46,429 nucleotides of DNA from an uncultured Paenibacillaceae bacterium. Lineage in GTDB: Bacteria > Bacillota > Bacilli > Paenibacillales > CALAME01. The translations under genes and the position numbers were made by a program. Position 1 is the stretch's first letter. The number at the start of each line of letters is the position of its first letter. Shown here in pieces: positions 7,739 to 17,543 of the stretch. Where the stretch lies: assembly GCA_937983035.1 (NCBI GenBank), contig CALKAN010000050.1, positions 1-46,429 of the forward strand, read 5' to 3'. The notes beneath the pieces were generated by a model. That model did no database searches, had not been told where the DNA came from, and was given only the letters and a program-made list of their open reading frames with translations.

Positions 7739-10700
7739 ATGTTAGATGAGGGGGAAATGATGAGCATGTTAAAGCGATGGGGCAAACTGGCGCTGATCTT
7801 TACGATCATTTTGTCATTAATGCCATGGCCTTATGGATTGGCTGCTGAAGCAGAATCGAAATATTTTTCGTTTCCGCAAAATTTAGATTTGGAGAAATCC
7901 ACGCCTGATAAGCCATTTATTTATGAGCATTCTGAAATTGATTTGCAAGGCATATTTGATGAAGTTCAAAGCAACAGTTTGACGATTACCGTCGAACAGA
8001 TTTACCGCAAGCAAAACGGGGAATACGCCCCCGTTGAAAACAGCTACTACACGCGGGAAATTACGACTGTGCAAGGAAATACATTTGAAGCGAAAGCGGT
8101 CACTCTCTTTGCAGGGTTGAACAGACTTACGCTGTCTGGCGTAAAAGCAGGCGTTACGCTGAAGGATGAGTTTTATATTTACTACGACAGCTCACCGTAT
8201 ATTTTGGATTTATCCATTTTTACGAATACGGATGAAGCGACTCCGTTAAATGCAGGCGCAGGAACAGTTGTTACTTCCTCAGACGCGTTTATTGAGGGGA
8301 GAGCGCCGAACGCAGTCTCGATCGTCATCAATGAATCGTTCACTGTGCAGCCGCTCTATGACGGCACCTTCTTTTCACCGGTTCTGGAACTAAATCCAGG
8401 CAAGAATGTCATTACGATCGAAGTGTTTGGCAGCAGTGATTATTTCAAAGTGGAACGGACCGTCTATTACTTTGACGGACAGCAGTTCATTTTTGAAGGA
8501 CAGATGTATTTTGACTACAATGGTGACGGCGCCATCAGCGATGCGGAGAAGAATAACCAAAAACCGGTTATTGGCACGACCTCGACCTTCGCTGTTCCAT
8601 TTAATACGCCCGGTTTTGTCATTGAGGGCGGTTTTGTCGGGAAAATGATGGTTCGCAATATTTCATCGGTTGATTTAGATCCAACTGCACATATTTCAGC
8701 CATGTTGGACGGCGACGCGCATCGAGTAAGGGATATTCAAGTAAATAACAAAACGCCGATTCGTTCAGGCAATGATCATCGCATTGAATATTACGTGTAT
8801 GATTTGTCATTTAAAGTTGATGTCGATACGAGTGATTCACAATCGTTGACTCATCTTATTGAAATTCAGACTGATTATGAGGGATTGCTTGGCACGGACA
8901 TCATCTTATTTAATTTTGCAGACAGCAATCATAAAATTGTTGAAGATGTGCAGTGGCTCTATGATTACGAAAACAATCCGACTGCAAAAAAACCGCTGCA
9001 AGGAGCCGAAATTCATGCACCGAACATCTACATTGAAGTAACGAAAAACAGTGCGTTTACTGCAGCAGACGTGTTGGAAGTTTATCTAACGCCGTATGAT
9101 CCAAACAACTCGATTACGGTTACGCAAATTTCGACAGACGGACAAAAAGGGATTTACAAGATCGAAAACATTCCGCCTGGAAGCCATACGATGGTCATAA
9201 ACTTTGAAGATACGCCGAATGTATACGACTATTTGGCTCGCGTTGACTATGTATCAGGCGCGAAAGCTGTATTTATGAACCTCATCGATGGCATGAATAT
9301 CAAAATTGAGGATGCGCCGAAATTTGTCGAAATGATGATTCGCAATGTAGGATCTGAGTTTGATCCGAAGACAGCTGCAAGATTTTCCATCAACGGCACT
9401 GTCATTTCATCTGCGTTCGATGATTATGACGGACCTGACAAGCCTTTTCGGATCGATATCAGCAGTCATCCGCTGCAAGTGGGCGAAAACCGTCTGGAAG
9501 TGCAGCTGACATATGACGGCTTCGTGACGACGAAAGAAATTTTTGTTTACGTCTCAGATGATAATCTGCCCATGATCGAAATTTTGAAACCAGTCATAGG
9601 CAAAAACCCAAGACCGCGCCTCAATAATGAACAAGAACGCAGACAGCTTTATGCAGATATGAACGGATTAGTATATGAAAATGACGTATACTATACGACT
9701 GCATATGAGTATGATCTGGTGATGGAAGTCAGGAACTTCAATAAGTTCCAATTGCAGTATGACGGCGAGTTCATCATTGATTACACTAAAAGCAGCAGCA
9801 ATTTAGACAATTTTCCAGGTTATACGGTATCTAGTCATAAATGGGCAGATGGAAAAAAGATCGATCATTATTATGATCCAGCAAGAGATAGATTGGTGGT
9901 GCGGGTAGAAGCATTAGAATTTCCGGCACCAGGGTCGCAAGTATTCAATTTGCGCGTCACTTCTGCAACTTCATCCCAAGCCAGCCAACGAATTGAAATC
10001 GTGCGGGAAGAAGTTCCATATGAAGTGGTGTCTCCGGTAGCGACAACAGACAATAAAATTATCGTAAACAAAAACTTCGTTCATGTGATCATTCGGGCTG
10101 AAAATGCCAATGGAGTGATCATCGACAAGAAGCAAGCCGTTAAAATGGACGATCCCCAATGCGGAGATTGTTTTGAACTGGAATACATCGGTTTGAAGGA
10201 AAATCGCTGGAATGACATTAAATTTACGGTCATTCGCGGCGAACAGCAGACTGACGGCGTCATTGAAGTATACTATGCGAAAAGCTTAAGTCCAGGGGCT
10301 CAATATAAGCAGCCGTTGGATCGACGCATGAGAGTGTTCGATCGGGCGCTTCAGCTGGAATTCGAAAAAGGAACGCTTTTGCAAACGAAAATCAGTGACA
10401 AGATGACCCCTTCCTTGTATGAAAATCAACAAATTTTGTTCGGTATCGCCGATCCGGAAACGGGAATGGTGGAAGATCGCACGGACAAAGGGGAAATCAA
10501 ATCGGTGAATCGAGCCTTAGAATCTACTTTCAGCCAATTCCCGCAAAACTTTACGTTCATCAGTCCGGTTTATTGGATCAGCGGCGGGTTGGCGGAAAAA
10601 GGAACGCCTGGAACATCTGGGTACAGGCCGCGCATGGATGGCATTACGCCGCATAACCGCGATACATCCTTAACGTATACGTTCACGGATCCTGCAAGAC

Positions 10701-11524
10701 ATTTGGTGCCGAACAAGCGCGGTGAACTAACGTTAAAGTATAATGAAATTGTTCGTGAAGCGGCAGGAATTGAGGTCAGCGTCTTTCATTTTAACAGCGA
10801 AGGCAAGTGGGTGAATCTCGGAGGCGTCATTAATACGAAAAGCCATGAGATTACCGTGCCGTTTGATGAATTCGGTTATTACGTCGTAGGAATATTAAGG
10901 CACTCATTCCCGGACATCCAAGGACATAAGTGGGCCGCAGATGTGCTGAAAGCCATGTATTCGAAAGGGTTTATGAATGCTGCCCGATATATGGAATTCG
11001 GCGCTGACGATTACATTACCCGCGGTGAATATGCTCAGTTAATGGTAAAGGCGTTGCAGCTCCCATTGAACTACGATAACCGGAATACGTTTGTTGACGT
11101 GCAGCCGAGAAGCGCATACGGAAACTTCTGGGAATATAAATATGTGGAGACAGCGGCCAGAGCAGGAATTGTTCAAGGCGTGCAAGACCGCATCTTCGCG
11201 CCAAACCAACCGTTAACGCGTGACCAAGCGGCTGTCATGATTGCGCGGGCGCTGGAATTGAAATTGCCGGCGAACGATGAGCGGCTTGATGCGAGATTGA
11301 GAAAAGAATTTACGGACGTGGATTCCATTTCATATTACGCCAGACCGTCCGTCATGGCGGTGTACAATAAAAAAATTATGCTGGGAGAGCCGACTGTCAC
11401 CTCAGGCGGCGATGAAAGCTATCGCTTCAATCCGAAAGCATTATTGACGAGAGCTGAAGCAGCTGCGATTGCCGTTCGAGTCATGCAAAGCGAACTGAAC
11501 TATTTCCCCAAAAATCTAAATTAG
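7739..11524 (+). CDS. Large cell-wall-anchored surface protein with three C-terminal SLH domains (function unknown)
   Basis: 1261-aa ORF. Signal peptide MLKRWGKLALIFTIILSLMPWPYGLAAEA. The start is unresolved among ATGs at 7739, 7757, 7760 and 7766. Three SLH repeats fall at about 10915-11510 (FPDIQGHKWAADVL..., FVDVQPRS...TRDQAAVMIARAL, FTDVDSISYYARP...TRAEAAAIAVRVM). The ~1050 aa before them have beta-rich composition and no catalytic motif I can recognise. Confidence 0.85.
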   Translation: MLDEGEMMSMLKRWGKLALIFTIILSLMPWPYGLAAEAESKYFSFPQNLDLEKSTPDKPFIYEHSEIDLQGIFDEVQSNSLTITVEQIYRKQNGEYAPVENSYYTREITTVQGNTFEAKAVTLFAGLNRLTLSGVKAGVTLKDEFYIYYDSSPYILDLSIFTNTDEATPLNAGAGTVVTSSDAFIEGRAPNAVSIVINESFTVQPLYDGTFFSPVLELNPGKNVITIEVFGSSDYFKVERTVYYFDGQQFIFEGQMYFDYNGDGAISDAEKNNQKPVIGTTSTFAVPFNTPGFVIEGGFVGKMMVRNISSVDLDPTAHISAMLDGDAHRVRDIQVNNKTPIRSGNDHRIEYYVYDLSFKVDVDTSDSQSLTHLIEIQTDYEGLLGTDIILFNFADSNHKIVEDVQWLYDYENNPTAKKPLQGAEIHAPNIYIEVTKNSAFTAADVLEVYLTPYDPNNSITVTQISTDGQKGIYKIENIPPGSHTMVINFEDTPNVYDYLARVDYVSGAKAVFMNLIDGMNIKIEDAPKFVEMMIRNVGSEFDPKTAARFSINGTVISSAFDDYDGPDKPFRIDISSHPLQVGENRLEVQLTYDGFVTTKEIFVYVSDDNLPMIEILKPVIGKNPRPRLNNEQERRQLYADMNGLVYENDVYYTTAYEYDLVMEVRNFNKFQLQYDGEFIIDYTKSSSNLDNFPGYTVSSHKWADGKKIDHYYDPARDRLVVRVEALEFPAPGSQVFNLRVTSATSSQASQRIEIVREEVPYEVVSPVATTDNKIIVNKNFVHVIIRAENANGVIIDKKQAVKMDDPQCGDCFELEYIGLKENRWNDIKFTVIRGEQQTDGVIEVYYAKSLSPGAQYKQPLDRRMRVFDRALQLEFEKGTLLQTKISDKMTPSLYENQQILFGIADPETGMVEDRTDKGEIKSVNRALESTFSQFPQNFTFISPVYWISGGLAEKGTPGTSGYRPRMDGITPHNRDTSLTYTFTDPARHLVPNKRGELTLKYNEIVREAAGIEVSVFHFNSEGKWVNLGGVINTKSHEITVPFDEFGYYVVGILRHSFPDIQGHKWAADVLKAMYSKGFMNAARYMEFGADDYITRGEYAQLMVKALQLPLNYDNRNTFVDVQPRSAYGNFWEYKYVETAARAGIVQGVQDRIFAPNQPLTRDQAAVMIARALELKLPANDERLDARLRKEFTDVDSISYYARPSVMAVYNKKIMLGEPTVTSGGDESYRFNPKALLTRAEAAAIAVRVMQSELNYFPKNLN

Positions 11525-11530
11525 GCATTA

Positions 11531-12038
<508 letters not shown>

Positions 12039-12050
12039 TCATCCTCTCAT

Positions 12051-12157
12051 TTTTCCACATGTGGATCATCCACAGAACGCCTATTCTTGTACACAGGATG
12101 TGCATAACTTTGTGGATAACTCCAGTTATTCATAGGTTATCCACACACTTATCCCCA
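12051..12157. promoter_or_regulatory. DnaA-box cluster (6 boxes in 107 bp)
   Basis: Compared with the consensus TTATCCACA. Perfect matches: TGTGGATAA (12111-12119, reverse) and TTATCCACA (12137-12145). One mismatch each: TTTTCCACA (12051-12059), TGTGGATCA (12060-12068, reverse), TCATCCACA (12066-12074) and TTATCCCCA (12149-12157). The cluster starts 19 nt upstream of the tadA start codon. Confidence 0.75.
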
Positions 12158-12303
12158 ATCATCGTTTTTTGTGTGAATAGTTTACTCGATTGGGCGAAAA
12201 GGAGCAAATTGTAACCAAATTGTAATCTTAATTTTACATCCTGATAATCTTTGTTCGCTATCTTGTATATAGACCCCTTTTTCATATATAGATTGCCTCT
12301 GTC

Positions 12304-12335
12304 GCCTGCAATGTGCATTGCAGGCTTTTTGTTTT
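12304..12335 (+). terminator. Canonical intrinsic terminator with no annotated gene upstream
   Basis: Perfect 9-bp stem GCCTGCAAT/ATTGCAGGC with loop GTGC, followed by TTTTTGTTTT. The T-run is present only on the + strand. Confidence 0.7.
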
Positions 12336-12347
12336 GCCTGCAGTTGC

Positions 12348-12376
12348 GTGACAGTTGAAGCTTCATCATATATAAT
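12348..12376 (+). promoter_or_regulatory. Sigma-A promoter candidate for ychF
   Basis: GTGACA (12348-12353), a 17-nt spacer, then TATAAT (12371-12376). It lies ~100 nt upstream of the ychF ATG. Confidence 0.6.
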
Positions 12377-12477
12377 GTTATAGATGCGGCATCTTGCCCA
12401 TTTTAATTGACAATATCATTCGTTTACGCAAACATCAAAGCAATTTAGATACAATGTTGAATGGAGATGGCAGCACT

Positions 12478-13578
12478 ATGGCTTTGAAAGCAGGAATTGT
12501 AGGTTTGCCTAATGTGGGCAAGTCCACTTTGTTTAATGCGATCACGCAAGCAGGGGCCGAAGCGGCCAATTACCCGTTCTGCACGATTGATCCGAACGTA
12601 GGGGTCGTAGAAGTGCCAGACGAACGGTTGAATATATTAACAAAAATCACGGAGCCGAAAAAAACAGTTCCGACTGCGTTTGAATTTGTGGATATCGCTG
12701 GTTTGGTGAAAGGAGCCAGCAAGGGAGAAGGATTAGGAAACCAGTTTTTGGCGCACATTCGCGAAGTGGACGCCATCGTTCATGTCGTGCGCTGCTTTGA
12801 AGATGAGAATATTACGCACGTATCCGGCGGCGTGGACCCGATCAGCGATATTGAGACGATTAATCTTGAATTGATCTTGGCGGATATTGAATCGGTTGAA
12901 AGAAGGCTGGATCGCGCCCGTAAAAATATGAAGGGCGGCAATAAGCAGTTCGAGGAAGAAGTCAAAGCATTGGAAAAAATTAAAGAAGTGCTGTACGAAG
13001 ATCAACCGGCGCGGAAAGCAGAACTTACGGAAGAGGAACAAGTTCACGTCCGCGGTTTGCATTTGCTGACCATGAAGCCGGTATTGTTTGCAGCTAATGT
13101 GAGTGAAGATGATGCGGCGCATGCAGATGAAAACAAATATGTAAAAATGGTGAAAGAATATGCCGCAAAGGAATCGGCTGAAGTTGTTCCGATCAGCGCA
13201 AAAGTGGAGGCGGAAATTGCCGAACTTGAAGGCGAGGACAAAGAAATGTTCTTGGCTGAGCTTGGCATCGCGGAATCCGGCTTGGATCGGTTGATTCGTG
13301 CGGCATACAAGCTGCTTGGCCTGGAAACATATTTTACGGCCGGAAAACAAGAAGTGAGAGCTTGGACCGTGCGAAAAGGAACGAAAGCTCCCCAAGCAGC
13401 GGGCGTTATTCACACCGATTTTGAAAAAGGCTTTATTAGAGCGGAAGTAGTCAGCTTTGAAGATTTAGTGAAAGCGGGGTCCATGGCTGCGGCCAGAGAA
13501 CAAGGATTGCTCAGGCTGGAAGGGAAAGATTATGTCGTCCAAGACGGCGATGTGATGCATTTCCGCTTTAACGTATAA
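12478..13578 (+). CDS. ychF: Redox-regulated ribosome-binding ATPase YchF
   Basis: ORF 12394..13578 trimmed to MALKAGIVGLPNVGKSTLFNA (P-loop). The 366-aa length fits the YchF/OLA1 family, and the C-terminal TGS-like domain ends ...VVQDGDVMHFRFNV. Confidence 0.93.
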   Translation: MALKAGIVGLPNVGKSTLFNAITQAGAEAANYPFCTIDPNVGVVEVPDERLNILTKITEPKKTVPTAFEFVDIAGLVKGASKGEGLGNQFLAHIREVDAIVHVVRCFEDENITHVSGGVDPISDIETINLELILADIESVERRLDRARKNMKGGNKQFEEEVKALEKIKEVLYEDQPARKAELTEEEQVHVRGLHLLTMKPVLFAANVSEDDAAHADENKYVKMVKEYAAKESAEVVPISAKVEAEIAELEGEDKEMFLAELGIAESGLDRLIRAAYKLLGLETYFTAGKQEVRAWTVRKGTKAPQAAGVIHTDFEKGFIRAEVVSFEDLVKAGSMAAAREQGLLRLEGKDYVVQDGDVMHFRFNV

Positions 13579-13657
13579 GCAGCGTTTTAAACTGCGTTTG
13601 ATTATCCAGCACCCAATTAGTGAATAATAACAACAGGCAAGGGAGGGGTGATCTCCG

Positions 13658-14731
13658 ATGTTGGAACGGCTGCAGGCGATTGCAGATCGATACGAGAAGT
13701 TAAGCGAATTGCTTTGGGACCCTGAAGTAGCCGGGGATCCGAAACGGCTGCGCGAATTGACCAAAGAGCAATCGGATTTGCAGGATACGTATGAATGCTA
13801 CAAAGAATACAAGCAAGTCGTCGAACAATGGAATGAAGCGAAAGAGATGTTGAACGACAAGCTTGACGATGAGATGCGAGAGCTGGTGAAGCTGGAGCTG
13901 GATGAATTGTCCGTTCGGAAAGAACAATTGGAAGAACGGATCCATGTTCTCTTGCTTCCGAAAGATCCGAATGATGAGAAAAATGTGATCGTTGAAATCC
14001 GCGGCGCAGCCGGGGGCGATGAAGCGGCATTGTTTGCCGGGGATTTGTATCGCATGTACAGCCGCTATGCGGACATGCAAGGCTGGAAGACGGAAGTGCT
14101 TGAATCGCATGAGAACGATCTCGGCGGATATAAAGAAATCATATTTATGATTCGAGGCAAGGGCGCTTACAGCAAATTGAAGTTCGAAAGCGGAGCGCAC
14201 CGAGTGCAGCGCGTGCCGACGACAGAGTCCGGCGGCCGCATTCATACGTCGACGGCAACGGTTGTCGTGATGCCTGAAGCGGAAGATATCGAGATCGAGA
14301 TCAATGAGAACGATATACGCGTGGATACGTACTGTTCCAGCGGTCCGGGCGGACAGTCCGTGAACACGACGAAATCGGCGGTGCGGCTGACGCATATTCC
14401 GACAGGCATTGTGGCGCAGAGCCAAGACGGCAAATCACAAAATGCCAATAAAGAATTAGCGATGCGGGTTCTTAAAGCACGCATATATGACAAGCTGCGC
14501 CAAGAGGAGCAGGCAAAGATTGACAGCGAGCGCAAAAACAAAATCGGCACCGGTGACCGGAGCGAGCGCATTCGCACGTACAATTTTCCGCAAAGCCGCG
14601 TGACCGATCATCGCATCGGGTTGACTTTGCATAAGCTGGATCAAATCTTGGCCGGTGAATTGGATGAAATCATCAATGCTTTGACGGTTGCATCACAAGC
14701 AGAAATGTTGGAAAAAGAGGGAGTCCATTGA
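13658..14731 (+). CDS. prfA: Peptide chain release factor 1
   Basis: 357 aa with the GGQ motif ([12 protein letters not shown]) and the RF1-type PxT recognition region ([14 protein letters not shown]). Confidence 0.96.
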   Translation: MLERLQAIADRYEKLSELLWDPEVAGDPKRLRELTKEQSDLQDTYECYKEYKQVVEQWNEAKEMLNDKLDDEMRELVKLELDELSVRKEQLEERIHVLLLPKDPNDEKNVIVEIRGAAGGDEAALFAGDLYRMYSRYADMQGWKTEVLESHENDLGGYKEIIFMIRGKGAYSKLKFESGAHRVQRVPTTESGGRIHTSTATVVVMPEAEDIEIEINENDIRVDTYCSSGPGGQSVNTTKSAVRLTHIPTGIVAQSQDGKSQNANKELAMRVLKARIYDKLRQEEQAKIDSERKNKIGTGDRSERIRTYNFPQSRVTDHRIGLTLHKLDQILAGELDEIINALTVASQAEMLEKEGVH

Positions 14732-15603
14732 AACTATTGACGTTGCGGGAAGCCTATGTGCAGGCTTCTTCTTTTTTTGAATCGAAACAAATTGGACAAG
14801 ATCCGCAAAGAACAGCCCGATGGCTGCTTGAATATTTCACCGGATACAGGTTAAGCGAGCTGATGCTTCGGTGGGATGAACCTTTTCCCGAAGACCGGAT
14901 CGAGCAGTGGCGGCAAGCCCTCGAGAGAAAAGGAAAAGGGGAACCGGTGCAGTATATTATCGGCGAGCAGGAATTTTACGGCTTGCCTTTTGCTGTGAAT
15001 CCGGATGTGCTGATCCCCAGGCCGGAGACGGAAATTTTAGTGGAAGAAGTGCTGAAATTAGCGGAAGGCAGATTTAAAGACAGCAATCCGACGGTCGCAG
15101 ACATCGGCACTGGAAGCGGGGCGATCGCTGTGACCTTGGCAGCAAAAGCTCCCGGATGGGATCGCATCATTGCTTCCGATCTGTCCGCAGGCGCTCTAAA
15201 AACAGCGAAAGAAAATGCCGCGCGTCATCAAGTGCTGCATAAGATCACTTTCGTGCAAGGCGACCTTATGCAGCCGCTTATTGAACAATCTGCGGTTATT
15301 GATGTGCTTGTTTCCAATCCTCCGTACATTCCTTCGAAAGACATCCCCTTGCTGCAGGCGGAAGTGAAAGATTATGAACCGGTTTTGGCGCTTGACGGGG
15401 GAGAAGACGGATTGGAAGTTTACCGCCGTCTTTTTGAACAAATGAGTCAGCTTGATGTCCCCCCGGCATGGGTCGGATTAGAAGTCGGCCAAGGACAATC
15501 TGCGGCAGTCAAGGAAATGATGGAACAGCTGAAGCTTTGGGACGTTGTTGAAACCGTGCGAGATCTCTCAGGCATTGAAAGACATGTGATAGCAAAAAGA
15601 TAG
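14728..15603 (+). CDS. prmC: Release-factor glutamine N5-methyltransferase
   Basis: 291 aa with the NPPY catalytic motif (VSNPPYIP) and the SAM motif [11 protein letters not shown]. Its TTG start overlaps the prfA stop (TTGA). Confidence 0.92.
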   Translation: MKLLTLREAYVQASSFFESKQIGQDPQRTARWLLEYFTGYRLSELMLRWDEPFPEDRIEQWRQALERKGKGEPVQYIIGEQEFYGLPFAVNPDVLIPRPETEILVEEVLKLAEGRFKDSNPTVADIGTGSGAIAVTLAAKAPGWDRIIASDLSAGALKTAKENAARHQVLHKITFVQGDLMQPLIEQSAVIDVLVSNPPYIPSKDIPLLQAEVKDYEPVLALDGGEDGLEVYRRLFEQMSQLDVPPAWVGLEVGQGQSAAVKEMMEQLKLWDVVETVRDLSGIERHVIAKR

Positions 15604-15715
15604 ATTCATAGGTTTAAAGCATTCCCCTTTCGTTAACACTGTCTGATAGGAGAAACAAGCTGGATGAAAGCAAAGGCAGAAGGATGCCTTGTCTGAAGAA
15701 AGGGGAATGATGAAC

Positions 15716-16342
15716 ATGCCGAAGTATGCATATTTGGCATTTGCCTTATTTATTCTTATCAGTGCTTGGGAGCAAGGGAAGTCGGATGCGGCAATCACAA
15801 GCGGAGCAATCCCGGAAGAATCGATTCGTTTAAGAATTTTAGCGCATTCCGATCGGTTGGAAGACCAATGGATCAAACGGAAAGTACGGGATGAAATTAT
15901 AGCACATATGGAACATTGGGTTGATGAGCCTGCTTCGATTGAGGAAGCAAGAAAAATGGTAGAGGAAAGGCTTCCTGAATTTCGGTATTTGATCGAACAA
16001 ACGTTGAAAAAATACGGATTTCCATACGGATATGACGTCATGGTAGGAGAAGTGGATTTTCCCGCTAAAATGTATGGAAAAGAGATTTATCCTGCAGGAA
16101 AATATGAAGCATTGCGCGTCACTTTAGGTGAAGGGAAAGGCGAAAACTGGTGGTGCGTCTTGTTTCCGCCGCTTTGCTTCGTCGATGTCGTTTCAGGCGA
16201 AGCTGTGCCGAAAGATGCTGTTGAAATAAGCAGCGAGCAGCCAGATTCATCGGAAGCGAACGATGCTGAGCCGGAATTGCGGTTTTTTGTGGTGGATCTG
16301 TTTAAATCGCTCTTTCGTCATCTTTCCAATTTATTTGCTTAA
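15716..16342 (+). CDS. spoIIR: Stage II sporulation protein R (signal for pro-sigma-E processing)
   Basis: Conserved IRLRILAHSD and WWCVLFPPLCF motifs plus an N-terminal signal/TM segment. The start is chosen at the ATG 9 nt after AAAGGGGA; ATGs at 15707 and 15710 are alternatives. Confidence 0.88.
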   Translation: MPKYAYLAFALFILISAWEQGKSDAAITSGAIPEESIRLRILAHSDRLEDQWIKRKVRDEIIAHMEHWVDEPASIEEARKMVEERLPEFRYLIEQTLKKYGFPYGYDVMVGEVDFPAKMYGKEIYPAGKYEALRVTLGEGKGENWWCVLFPPLCFVDVVSGEAVPKDAVEISSEQPDSSEANDAEPELRFFVVDLFKSLFRHLSNLFA

Positions 16343-16417
16343 CATGCTGCGCCTGCATTATAATTTGACATACATCACATGATTGAGAAGTTTTCGAGAA
16401 TAAGGAATGAAAAAGCA

Positions 16418-17476
16418 TTGGCAAAGACCCGATATTGGAAAGTAGATGTTTCAGTCAATCCCGAAACGCCGGCGATCCAAGAGGCGGCCAGCCTCATTCG
16501 AGACGGCCGCTTGATTGCGTTTCCTACGGAAACCGTATACGGCTTGGGGGCGAATGCATGCGACGATGCAGCTGTCCGAGCGATCTTTCAGGCGAAAGGC
16601 AGACCGAGCGACAATCCGCTGATCGTTCACATTGCGCATTTGGATCAGCTGAAGGAGCTTGTGCATCCGCTCACGGCTGCAGCGGAAACATTGATGGAGC
16701 GATTTTGGCCCGGGCCGCTGACCGTGGTGCTTCCGCTTATTGATGGAGCCGTATCCCCGATCGTCAGCGCAGGGTTGAACACATTAGCGGTGCGAATGCC
16801 CGCTCATCCCGCTGCGCTCAGCTTGATCGAGGCAGCCGGCGTGCCGATTGCGGCCCCGAGTGCGAATTTGTCAGGCAGGCCAAGTCCGACGAGCGCGATG
16901 CATGTATTAGAAGATTTGGATGGAAAAATCAGCGGGATTATCGATGGCGGTGATGCAAGCCTAGGCATCGAATCCACGGTCGTCCTGATGAGAGAACATC
17001 AGTTGGAAGTGCTTCGTCCCGGAGGAATCAGCATCGAGGAGCTGGCTGCTGCCCTGTCGGAAGATGTTGTGTTGCAATATGAACATAAAACCGGCGCTGG
17101 GAAAGAAGCTCCCCGATCGCCGGGAATGAAATATACCCACTACGCGCCGAAAGGTGAATTAGTCATCGTGCAAGGACAGCCGGACAAAGTGCAAAGTTGG
17201 ATTCAGGCCCAAATGAAATTGGATCAGCAGCATGCACGCAGAACAGGAATTCTTGCTTTTCATTCACCTCCAACTGCATACAGCGAAGCGGATCATGTCA
17301 TTCACATCGGCCGGAACATGAAATATGCCGCGGCGCGTTTATATGCGGCGTTAAGAGAATTTGACCAAAAGAAGATCGATATGATTTACTCGGAAGCCTG
17401 TCCGGAAGAAGGTTTGGGATATGCCGTCATGAACCGGCTGCGCAAGGCATCCGGAAATAAAAGCGTACTTGTCTAA
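16418..17476 (+). CDS. tsaC: L-threonylcarbamoyladenylate synthase (Sua5/YwlC type, with C-terminal Sua5 domain)
   Basis: YrdC fold motifs (FPTETVYGLGANA, KGRPSDNPLIVH, SANLSGRPSPT) and a ~140-aa Sua5 C-terminal domain. The start is set at the TTG at 16418 (AAGGAA plus 10 nt, giving MAKTRYWKVDV). The track ATG at 16379 has no SD and is the alternative. Confidence 0.88.
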   Translation: MAKTRYWKVDVSVNPETPAIQEAASLIRDGRLIAFPTETVYGLGANACDDAAVRAIFQAKGRPSDNPLIVHIAHLDQLKELVHPLTAAAETLMERFWPGPLTVVLPLIDGAVSPIVSAGLNTLAVRMPAHPAALSLIEAAGVPIAAPSANLSGRPSPTSAMHVLEDLDGKISGIIDGGDASLGIESTVVLMREHQLEVLRPGGISIEELAAALSEDVVLQYEHKTGAGKEAPRSPGMKYTHYAPKGELVIVQGQPDKVQSWIQAQMKLDQQHARRTGILAFHSPPTAYSEADHVIHIGRNMKYAAARLYAALREFDQKKIDMIYSEACPEEGLGYAVMNRLRKASGNKSVLV

Positions 17477-17543
17477 TCCAGGAGACATGTTTCCCTCCTT
17501 GTCCGCATAATCTTGAAAAGAAGGACAACGGGGGGAGATAAGC

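Noticed and set aside
12130-12369. 79-aa minus-strand ORF in the tadA-ychF spacer.
   Set aside because: It has no SD. It runs through two DnaA boxes, the + strand terminator hairpin and the ychF promoter, and its composition is low-complexity basic. Likely spurious.
12733-14425. Long minus-strand ORFs (226 aa and 241 aa) antisense to ychF and prfA. Similar antisense ORFs lie over atpD (29574-30167), nuoC (31809-32297) and the S8 protease (42493-43017).
   Set aside because: These are classic shadow ORFs opposite highly conserved genes. Their composition is Arg/Phe/Cys-rich, they have no SD, and they show no recognisable motifs.
15604-15715. A sigma-F promoter for spoIIR.
   Set aside because: It is expected biologically, but I could not find a convincing GYATA-15-GGnnAnAnT arrangement by eye, so no feature is reported.
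17477-17543. A possible yybP-ykoY manganese riboswitch upstream of mntP, as in E. coli mntP.
   Set aside because: The spacer is only 67 nt. It holds one small hairpin (TTGTCC...GGACAA) with no terminator, and I could not find the conserved four-helix yybP-ykoY core sequences.
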